Below are positions 11,921 through 23,900 of a stretch of DNA of 64,000 nt, piece after piece. This DNA is from Balanoglossus misakiensis (taxonomy: Eukaryota > Animalia > Hemichordata). Location of the stretch: contig CM082597.2 of assembly GCA_040954595.2 (NCBI GenBank), positions 3,991,924-4,055,923 on the forward strand, read 5' to 3'. The notes under the pieces were generated by a model. The model was given only the letters and a program-made list of their open reading frames with translations, was not told where the DNA came from and searched no databases. The translations under genes and the position numbers were made by a program. Within the stretch, counting starts at the first letter, position 1. Every line of letters begins with the position of its first letter.

Positions 11921-14900
11921 TTAGAAAACTGGAATCTTGGTCCTTGGTGTTTTGTCAAGATCATCATCAAGTGTCAATAAAGTCTGAAAACAAAATACAG
12001 ATAGTCTGTGTCAATTAGGTAAAAATTTGCAAATTGAAGTAATAAATCAAATTTTTAAGACATCAGGTTTCTTTTAAACAGCAAACATAAACAGTTCTAA
12101 GAAAATGATTATTAGAAAGAATTGCCTTGATTGCATTGTTATTTATTGAGTGTTTGCACTCACCATAAATGAGAAGAACATAGCACAGGCTGACAAGAAG
12201 TGCCATACATCATGATGGTCATAGAAATCAAACAGTATACAGTCGCGATTTCCTTCACGGGAGACTGCTGGAGTTTTCTGCAAAAAGGGAAAATTGATTT
12301 TTTTAACTTAACTTATTTCATGGTAGAAGTTGAATGTTATGTTATGTTATGTTATGTTTATGTCTGTTTATTTCTCATTGTTATACATGTAATACCATCA
12401 TACTTACGTCCCACTGAGCCAGTCCTTGCAGAAAGAAGTACAATGCGGCTGCCCAGAACGCACATGTCAATACAATAAACACAAATGCTCTGAGTACAAT
12501 TCTTTCTCCAAATCGCAACTGAAACACAAAAACGACGATACAGAGAACACATTTCAATTTTCTATCTCTGACTTCTTACAATGTTACAAATTGATGCAAA
12601 TAAATGGATACTCTCCAGAGATTAGGGCATTCAGTCAATCAGAACAAGATACATACATGTACATGTACATGTACACAAATGCGTCATCTTCCTATTTTGA
12701 AACTATGTCCATACTGATAATACTTAAATTTATTGTAAAATTTAACAGCATATGTTACAGTAGCAGGTCTATAAGATCTTTCAAAGTATTCTTGTTTACC
12801 TTCATTATAATGTAAAATGCCAAATATAGCATTGAGTTGATGATGAATATCGCCAAGAGATAAGACGCAAAGTCATGAGGCTGTGTAATGACCCCATATA
12901 TTGCACTGCAATGAAAAGAACAGAAAACAGAAAGTGTGATATGAATTAATAGGCAAAAATCTCTTATATGAGATGATTCAATAGACCAAGTGTATTTCTT
13001 CTTAGGCTAATGAAAAAGATAATATTACAGTTATCAGCAGTCTGACTTTTAATTAACAAAACCATGATTTGATATGTCAATTGCAATATTTCGTTTATTT
13101 TAATATGCTTACTTACAGTGACCAATTGATTGCATTCCCAAAAATTAGCAGAATCATGCGATCCTACAAACATAATAAAAGACCAGGGGGTTAAAATAGT
13201 ATTTATTAATAGTAACTCATGTACACTAAAGTATACATATATCAAACGATCATTCTATAGAAATACAACTTTTCATACATATGATATATTCATTTATCAT
13301 CATATTTTAATAATACTACTCTCCTAAAACTAGAACATATCTTTATAATGGTTGATAACTTACTGTGTACATTGGTCGTGCACAGCTCAAACAGTCTGTT
13401 TTCATTACTAAGTAAATTCTTTTAAAAATTCCTAAATCTGTGGACAAAAAAGATTGCGAAAAGACATGAGCTACTATCTGTAAGCTGTAAACAGGACATA
13501 TTGCTTCAAAGTTCAATAGATGGTAACGTTCCCCTTTTGGGTGAGATAATTGTATCCAACTCACCTAATTTCCATCTACCCATGTAGTACAGCTGAGCTG
13601 TCAGCACGCAGCATGTCACAATATGCAGTACAGCAAATAAAATCCAGAAATACAGAGTACCAAAAATCTGTAAGAAAAGTATAGGTTGACAAAAAATCAA
13701 AACAAAAGCAAGTGTTCTGTTTCAATGAATGATGACAAGATATCATTTATGTCGATGAATTTTTCTTAGTTTTTATTTCTAAGATAACAAATATATGTTC
13801 ATATATGTCATTATGAAAAAGGTAACTTGGCAAGAAATATGAAAGACTGTTCTCCTGGTCTCGCCAATAGATCAAACTATTTTCATAATAATTGACATTT
13901 ATGATGGCATATTAAGTGACCATTTAATGCAATCATTAACTGCAGGATGACTCAATAAATCTTCCAGAAGTTTCAATAAAAACAATTTTAATTTCCCCTG
14001 GAGAGAGTTAAAATTCCAGGATTGTCAAGGCCTTTACTGCAGTGTGTGGAACAATTTGCATTTTTTACATATTTCAGAATGAGGTATGCCATTAAGAAAA
14101 ATCAGTGAAAAGCAATATTTCATATCTACGAATAATACCATGAGATATGGAGAAACAAATGCTATTATTAATTTTTAATGCAAATTATGTAGATTTGCAA
14201 AATATTTTTTCAAAGACAGCATATTCATTATCAATGAGGTGTAATGTGTGTTGATCCAGATATCAGTGGAATAGCCAGAAAGTGGCCTGTCATAATATGA
14301 TCATATCTCACTTCCCAGCTAGTACATCCTGTGGGTTAAATTACTAAATCTATTTCGGGTTGTGTTGTATATAAGACAGTCAAAACCCGTCTCCAATATT
14401 TGAAAGACAAATTGCAAATTAAATTGCACTAAACGAAAGTTAGAAGAATTTTGGTAATTCAATTTCTTTTTAGCAAAGACTTTATTTAATTCAAAATTTT
14501 GATGCCAGCAATGTTGACTAATTATGTATCATTAGTGAAAAGCATGATAAAAACCATATATCGGTAGTGGAGAGACAATAGTAGAAAAAGTTGACAGTTT
14601 TATCTTCAAGCTGTGGATCGTGACCGAGATATAACCAGAAGCATGAAGGAAACGCCCTGGAAAGCCACGATTTCCTGATGTACAAGGATTCTTGTGTATA
14701 TCAGGGTTTCCTGACTTGTGTTCACAGCTGATTATTTCAAACCTTGGGTGTTGTGTGTGTATGATACACTGTGGTTAAGAGTTGAATGTTATCAGAGAGT
14801 TTTGACGTCAGAAGCAGTCAATGTGAGTGTGTACATGGAAAGACCTGAGCAGTAGTGTAACGGAAAACCAGCTGTTTTGAAAACACAACTGCCAGTAAGT

Positions 14901-17900
14901 CGTACTGAACTGAACACTTGTGGGCACATGCACAAGTGTAATTCTACAGGGACAAGACAATATTGCAAGTCAGCTCTTTCAGGAATAAAACTGACTGTAA
15001 CTTCGGCTACACACTTATTTCAGTCGACGTTATGGAATGCTGCGGAACTAGCTATCCTTAGGATATAACTGGCCTGCATGCGTGCTAAGTCTAGTACTGC
15101 CTGGAAGACTGATGATACTGTCATGGCATTTGCCACACTGTGCTGCATCTTTGCTGTATGTTTCAGCATCAGTGTAGGGTATGCCTCGGAACAAACCAAT
15201 ATAATCATTGTCGGGAAGGGACAAGTCAGCAACTTGATAGTGGATGAGGTGTTTCCAATGCAGAGACTTGCAGAGAGCGAGAATGCTTTTACTGAGGAAC
15301 AGCCTACAAACCCTGACACAGAGAAACCATCAAGACAAGGTCAGTTCATTTCATTCTCTGTACACCTAACTTCATATCAATGAAAGTACATAATGCCATT
15401 ATAATTCAGAAACTGGGTTCTGCAAAATCTAGTTGATTTTTCGTCGAATGTGGAAGAAACTAGGACCACACAATTTGAACAGATGCAACCTTTTTGCACC
15501 ATATTCCTCTCACAAATTAATGATTTAGTCCATATTGCGAGGGTCAAACGTTACACTATTTATATACAAGAGCTGTTAAAATCTAGTGTACTTTTTCAAT
15601 TTTCACTTTTCAGTGAGAATACATTTCACTGTTATACATGTACTTCATATTCTCTATTAAGATGTGATAACTGTCTTAAATTGTCATTTATCTTTCTCTT
15701 TATTTCTTCAAAATGAAACTTTGGCAAATATATTTATAAAAATGCCTGCAAAAATAAATGACTGATCTTATGAATATCAATTAAATTAATTAATATAATT
15801 ACCATCCTACACTATAATATATTCCAGAGAGATTGTAGTTACTTATTCAATTAATTTTATTATTTTACAGAAAACATCGATTCTGTGTCCACAAGCAATC
15901 TTAGATTCACCGACAGTGTGTTTTCCAAAGACAAACTAAATTCTACTACACTATCCAAGTCTGAGAGGACAAGAAATGCAACTGGAACGTTCAAGTCAAC
16001 ACAGAAACTCAGTTCTACGGAAAAGATTACTTCTAGAAGGAGACATATTGAAACACCCACTCTGACTTCGTCATTCGGGGTGAAAAGTGAAGATCAACTC
16101 TTTACTGGTGAAAGACGAAATTTGACAGGCAAGCCTGATTCTCCTGTGCGATCAACATTTGCAAAGAAAAGTGGCATTGTAAAGATATCAAGTCACATAT
16201 TTAATATCAGTTCAGCTTTCAAATCACATAATAAAACCGACTCTGGAGGTAGATGGACAACAGATGGCAGTGACAACAGAGCACAGGTGACCTCATTTCA
16301 CGGAAATGAGGTCATGTCAACTGCACTTGAAGTATCGAATGACCTGGTGTTGGTTAAAGCTGGAACTGCCCCAGAGAGTTCTGCAGTTGGGCACCGGTTC
16401 GCGAAGACAAGAATTACCACCCCAGCAAGAAGAAACGCTCTGGTATCGTCTGTAGCTAGAACTCCCCACAGACAATCCACAGCCGGAAGTTCCCAGATGG
16501 AATCTGCAGCTGCAGCTCCAATGGCAAGGACTCCAGCTAGATCAAGGGCTCCCCAGGCAGGGTCTGCAGCGAACACCGGCGTTTCCGTCAAACATCTGCA
16601 CACAAAATCAAGGGCAGAAGAAACAAGGGAATTCACTTCAAAGTCAGCTGCTTCTCAGAAACTGCTAACTTCAATGCTGGGATTTACGAGAACCCAAAAC
16701 ATAACATCATCATCAACACCACAGAGAACTCTCTCAAAGGACCTGCTCACGAAATTGAGAACAGCCACTTCAAGATCAACAAAAACAAAATCAAAGCTTG
16801 TCACAGACTTCTTTGTAACCAAGGTAACAGAGGAAGATACTGAGGACGTGATAACCGCTCTTGTGATTTCAGAGTCTGATGATCAAGCGACTAATAATGA
16901 GTTAGAGGTGATAACCTCATCAACAAAACTACATCGTTACTTGAAAACATGGCATGCAAGACTCGTGACTGAACACCACAAGACAAATGCACTGCGGACG
17001 GGAAAAGGCAAGGTCGGGGAGGGAACATTGATTGAAATGGCCACCAGGGGGCGAAAGACTTCTGAAAGTTGGTACACTCATTGGCGATCCAGCACAGCAG
17101 CCAACAGAAGTGCTATGCGATCCCAGGAAACTGATGCTATCACTTGGCCTGTACAGAGCGATGGCTTAAAGACACAGGGTCACCTGACAACCAAAACATC
17201 ATCAGGTAAACAGCCATCAAGGCACCCAGTGCCAAGTTCACCAAACTTAGAAGTTTCTGGACATAACGCGAAGTGGACCAGTCACGAAATGAGAAGCAGT
17301 CGCCATAGAAACACAGTGATGACAAAGCGAAAGACCAGAAACGCTGAACAGGGGAAACGCACGACAAAAGAGCCATCGACTGTAACCATGACAATGGAGC
17401 AAGGTGATAAAAATGCCACTCAAGAAGATTTCAGCAGTTGGGGAGGCACTGCGAACCCAATGGCAACAACACAGACATGGCATACTGGAGTAACAGAAGA
17501 CTTGTACAACCAAACCACCACTGAATCCACAACTAGCGAGACAGACGTCTTGGTGACCAGTACACAGTCTGCATCATTCCCACATGATACAACCCAGGCG
17601 CAAATGACACCCAATCTGTACACAACACCAGTGATGACAGACTTCACTAAAATTGAGACCACCACCGTGTCAGCAACTAACTTTCCAACTTCTTGCTCAG
17701 TCAATCCATGCAAACACGGTGGAACATGTGTGGAGGCCAAGAATGGGCAGGTCAGATGTTCCTGCACTCAGATCTACATGGGAACGATATGCGACAAACT
17801 GAGACCCTTTCCGAAGGACGTGACGGCCCACTACAAGACCACAGACACCATCACAGTCAAGTGGCAATGGCCCCAGCAGAGGGGCGCAGGAATCAGCGGC

Positions 17901-20900
17901 TACATAGTGCAGTACAATACCTTCGGCGACGACAACATCAAACACAGCCTGCTGCTGCACCCGACGGTCAACGTGTTCACGGTGCGAGAGCTGCGACCAG
18001 CCACCCAGTACACGGTGTGCGTGTGCGTCACCACTGACGACCACATCCACACGCCGTGCGCGGTGCTGCGCGACCAGTGCCTGGAGGTGACCACTTTGCC
18101 CGAGAAGATGACGACGATCTCGATCAAAGTAGCTGCCTGCATTTTAGCAGCCACGGTGCTTTTCTTCCTACTAGTCATATGCGGAATCCAGCTTTCACAG
18201 TGGAAAAAGAACAGGAAGTACCGTGTCCCGTTTAAGACGATCCGTAGGTTCGTCCCCGACCAAATGACCCCCAACACCGACTCCCCACCCATGCAGCAAC
18301 GGCCGAAACAGGTCAATGTCACCGAGAACATCCCAATGTCAAGGATATCAGGACCAAAGGACGAGCAGCAAGATCGCTGCAGCAATTCTGTGTCGAGCAG
18401 TTTATACGACGAGAAGCGACCACCTAGCTCTGACGAGACTATTCCCAAACACAGTGCAACACCGCGACATTCTGATGCAGGGAATGAGTTTGATTTTGAA
18501 AATGTCTACTTTCTGCCGAAAAATCTCTCATAAATAATTATAACTACTTAAATCCTTCCCACGTGAACTAGAGGTGATTGTAGTTCTTTTAATAGTCCTG
18601 CTTAACTTTCAGTGACTTTTTGACTAATTTAATTTTAAAGCGATTTTATTGTCAAGCTGAAACCAGAAAAACTTTAATTCCGGTTTCAAGTGTTCATTTT
18701 ATTACCATAGCCAGTTGATATTGAAACTAACATAAATTTTTTCATTGTCCAGAGATAGATACAGAATATTGAAAAAAAAATAGTCAGAGATTACAGATTA
18801 TCGTTCCTTAACTGGGTGTACTTACCACACCGAGGACAGCTAGGAATATCACTAAGGCAAAGCATGCATAGGCAATGTAAGCATTGGCATTGATGTCTGG
18901 ATGCCTGGTTTGATACAGCTTCAAGATACCAAGGCCAGCTATTATGTACATGAATGATGTATCTAGAAAGTCAAATGGTAGAGACACATTTGCTGTATCA
19001 GAATTTGTGCATTTTGACGATATGTTATAATTTGACATTGATTTATTACTGTACAATTACAATTAGAAACCACAACTTCAAATCGGATTTGATGAATGTA
19101 TGTATGTATGTATGTATGTATGTATGTATGTATGTATGTATGTATGTATGTATGTATGTATCTATGAATGTCCACTGTATGTATCATTAGAGTCTCAGTC
19201 ATTTGCAATGTATCTACTGGGTCACAAGCAACTAAATCAAAACTGTCTCCTGGATACAAGGAATTCAGGATATACAAACAAATATCGACGTTCAATGGCT
19301 ATAGCAAAGAACAGTGCCGTGTGTGACATCATCTTACCAAACTGGAAATTGGAATATGTCGGACACACATGGTAACAGCCACTGAGAACTCCTTCCATGA
19401 CCAGAGCAATGCCAAGGGCGTAGAATAAACCAAAATGTTTGGGGATTCCATAATTCTGCAAAAAATTTAATATACAATTGCAAGAATGAATTAAGTTAAC
19501 ATGATTAAATTGCAAATTGCCGCGAGCGAATTCTATCACAGTGTTGCCGCGCGGCAAAACAACACAATATTATCTGATATTGTAAACCAATGTGCGGAGG
19601 AAATTGACAAACAAACATTTGACCGTACCTTTTCCATCTCATCATTACTCTCCACCAAATTCTTGTGGATGAGGTCTTCTCTCCAAGTCACAAACAAAAA
19701 TAATATACCCAATAAAATGTATCCCATGTTACTGAAGATGTTGTTGAAAGCACTGTAGGGAGAAAATGATGAAAAGATATCAAGTTTGCAAAGTGACGAG
19801 CAAAATGTAAATCATGTGATGCAACAGCCTGGTGGAAAGTCACATGACAGAGAATGAAAGCTGTGATTGGTGGCTACTCCACCTATAAAAACTCATGGAA
19901 AGTCACATGACAGAAAATGAAAGCTGTGATTGGTGGATACTCCACCTACCTGATGACTCCAAGTGGATTGGCACACAGGAAGTTGTAGTAACAGATATCT
20001 TCATTGCCAGTTTTGTTGAAAATCTGACAAATAAAAATACAGATACTGTTATAGAAAACAGGAAAATATCACCAGTGTATTTCTCAAGTTGAATCTCTAT
20101 AGCTGACTGATTGAAAGATGTACATGTAACTATATGGCGATGATCCCATTTACTTACTGTCTGGTAGGTGATGACAAGTTGTATGACTGGCAATGCATAG
20201 AACACAGCAATGGGAAGTAGATTCCAGTGGTAAAGCTTGTATTTCTTTCTCAGAGTCTTCCGATCTTTCCGGGATAGATCACTCACATATAGGAAGGTCT
20301 GGGGAAACGGAATGACAGAAAGTATTAATCGAACTGTACTTTGCCAGTTACTGATAATGTCAGATCTATGTGTCCAGCGATGTAGGTATGTTTTGGAACA
20401 GGGGCCAATAGGAACTAGTAACAGCCGATAATGGCAGAAAAGATTTGCTCATTAACGTGCCTGCTTCTATGGGGTTTAGAAACATTCTAGGCAGTCACAT
20501 GCTAAGTTCAGACGGGCATTTTAACAGACCAGCTATTATCTAAATCACTGTGTGTGTATCACCAGTGTGTTCATTTTACCTTCGTTCTGTAGACATCCTT
20601 CTCTTGTTCAATGTCATGAAGCATGTCAATATCGCTATCATCCAGCGAGATGTTATCAATAGAGCTGTCGCTCGACAGACGACGTCTTCGAGTGAGGCTG
20701 GGCTGCTCATCGTGCTGGACACTTGGCTGACCATTGGGTGGGAAAGTAGTCTGACCTGAGGGATAACAACCACATAAGATTGTTCATGTATACAGCAACT
20801 CAGCAGATCAATAGTTGCAGAACACATGATGTAATGAAATCAGTCACAGTGTATATGCAAAGTGACTGTGATTATGTTTTGAAAAAAGTAATAACTAGGT

Positions 20901-23900
20901 ACAGTCGAACCTAGCTAAGACAAACAGCAAGGGACTGTGAAAACATGTTTGTTGAACCCAGAGTCATTATATAAGTAACTTTGATGGCTTCTAACGGTAA
21001 CTTCTTTTTCACTTGTAACGCATTTACAGTAATGTTATTAAAGCTAGAAATACTAGTAAAGAGAGTGAGACTCTCCCAGTTTGAAAAGATTCACATGCAT
21101 TGCGGCAAGTACTCTGATAAAGTCACATTTATATTTTCATCATTTCCGAATTGTTTTATTGTATTTTGCAGAAAGTGTTGGCAATGCTCAGGTTAGACAG
21201 TTAGAATGCATCTAGTCAGCTTCTCAAGAACCAAAACTCCCAAGTATAATTGTTACATTTTGTTTTTGTAAGTAATAACCTGAACCAGTATATGTATGTC
21301 TTATGTACATTCTATTTTGCATAATGATTACAAGTAAGGACCTGATTGTCAGTCGACTGTTTGAACTGGAACTTAAAAAATAATTTTTTCAATAGATCAA
21401 TAATAAATAATTAGCACAAGAAGAGATATAATCAAAATAAAATTATGTCCAATGAATGTGACATGTACTGAGCATATGTGCATATGTTAAATATATGTAT
21501 ACATACAAAAACACATACACATAATTCTGTATTTTTTGTACAATGTATTCATGTATATTCACATATATGATAATTTCTGTCAAACCATGTGATGAAGTAA
21601 AATGGTCTAGGAATGGCAGCATGCCGGCAATGTTTAAAATGGAAGCTTGGTTCTAGACTGCAGGTGGCTGAAGGAATCATTCACTGCCCAACACAAAACA
21701 CTGAATGCATTCATGCAAAAGGATGGGGAGATCTAAGCTGCAGAGCTGTGTGTTTTTCTCGCTCTCAGTTTTGCATTTTTAGGAAGAGCAAATTTGTCTT
21801 GCATCAGTGGGTAACCCACAAATGCAGTCAAGTGGAAAAAAGTCCTTATAATGTAACATTTCATAGCTGGGAATATCTACAATACTTGAGAGCTGATGTG
21901 CGGTGTGTGGATTAGGGAGGGATAATCCATGGATCATAAAGACAACTTAGGAAAGGGTTAGTCGGCCATGACAGTTGCACAGCATTGTGGGAAAGTTCAT
22001 GAGAGCTGCACAGCATTGTGGGAGTGTCCATCAGAGTTGCAGAGCATGGTGAAAATTTCCAAGGTGTTTTTTTGGAAGAGAGAGACTCACTACTTGGTAG
22101 CTCACAGGCGTGTCTCATCTCACCCGTGCCATAGCTTGGTTGCTTAGATGCCCCTATCGGTGCCGAGGGGTCTTCAGTGCTATCGCCAGCTGAGGAAAAA
22201 ATAAAATAAACACTTATCATACACAGCACATGGCAGACCTATTGCACCAAATGTGTTTCTGAGTCTCAAACAGGGGTTAGACAAGCCTCAACCAGGCCTC
22301 TTGCCTGTGACCTGCTAGTCCTGCCCGGACTCTCCTGGGTCTGCCAGTGCCACATGGAAACACACAGTCTGCTTTGGTGTGTGATAGTTATCACTGTCAC
22401 AAAATTTACATAATGTCAGTGTCCATAGGCAGTTTCCTTTAGGTGTTATAAACTGTTGTTGTTTATATGTTCCCAATGTGACATTCTGAGGCTACTCTCA
22501 CTTCACCGAGGCATTAAGTCTGAGGCAAGTTTCAGATGGTGCAAAGTTCTGGTACATACTGTCCCCAGAATCATACAGTTTCCAAATGTATATCTTCTCT
22601 TTTCACTACTAAGGAGAGGTATAAAAATCCTTTGGACTAAAAAATTACAATGAATGCCTTGAAATGGTGAAAAAGATGTGATTAAATCAAACAAAGAAAA
22701 CACAGATAGTCACAAAGGTTGAATGTACTTCCAATATCGCAAAAATGAATGTACTTTCAATATCATACCTAGAAGTGGTTCTGTGACGTAAACATGCCAG
22801 CATACAAGAGTTAATAATCAGCAAACAAACCGATCAGATAAAAAAGTAGACAATAAAATAATTAGTGGCAAATATGAGCATTACAGGCACACAAATTCAA
22901 GGCCGTCGAACATAAAATTGTGATCTGAACACAACAGAAATTATACAGGCAATAATAACAGATCACGTTCTGTAATACTGCGGAACATTCAAAGAGCGTA
23001 CACAGAAAACAAGTCTATCTACATTGCAGCATTGTGAATCAAATAATTGTATATAACTAATGAAAACATGTTAGTCATTGAACAGCATATAGGGACAACA
23101 CACAGCATGATGTACATGTACTAGCATGGTTTACAAGTTTCTAACATGAAAAAGTAATGTTTCCCTTTGACGTATATTGACCAATCTAATATGTTGGCAT
23201 GGAATTTATCCAAATATTATTAAGTCAGATAACATTACACCAAGTAGTAAATAACTACATGTAAGCGTGTTGAATGATGAAATTTAATTGCCCATGAAAT
23301 AAATCCAGTGAATATATGGAAAATAAAGTAAAATTATAATAAAGCATCAAACAAAATCTTACTTGCGTAGAAGCCAGAAGTTGCAATTCATCTAATGAAA
23401 TGAAAACTTTTAACTCTTACACCCTTTACTTATTAGTACCCTTAATTATGAGCCCAGCCTTGCCAGTGCAACCCACAGGTTTATACTTAAAATTCAAAGC
23501 TAAAGGATTAAGCTGGGTTATATTATGTTAGCATAAGTATATGGTGTATAGCGACATACAAGTGTTGATGAAATGAGGACACTGCAACAGAAGTGCATTT
23601 ATGTGACTATCCCAGTAGCTGATTTCCACCCTTTCACCACCATAAATTGGACTACTCCATTGTTGTCAATGGCAGTCATGGACCTCTGTACTTGGAAATG
23701 GGGGTGAAAGGGTTAAATCTTGCCATGCACACCGCTATTAGAATTTCACATTCAGCTTTACAAAATTCACCCAGAATAGGGGTGAAAGGGTTAAAGAAAT
23801 GCAAAAGACAACTCCCTGTGAGTCAACATTACCAGTTTCTCTTTGGCTGCTCTCGACGTCTTCAGACGTGTCTCTCTTCCTGTCAAGATGCACCAAAGGT

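Noticed and set aside
16298-18448. Antisense and alternative-frame ORFs over the nested gene
   Set aside because: Shadows of a real coding exon, with no domain signal.
23363-23391. 29-nt AG..GT-bounded candidate SIDT exon
   Set aside because: It would shift the frame (phase 1 to 0), and I found no compensating exon.
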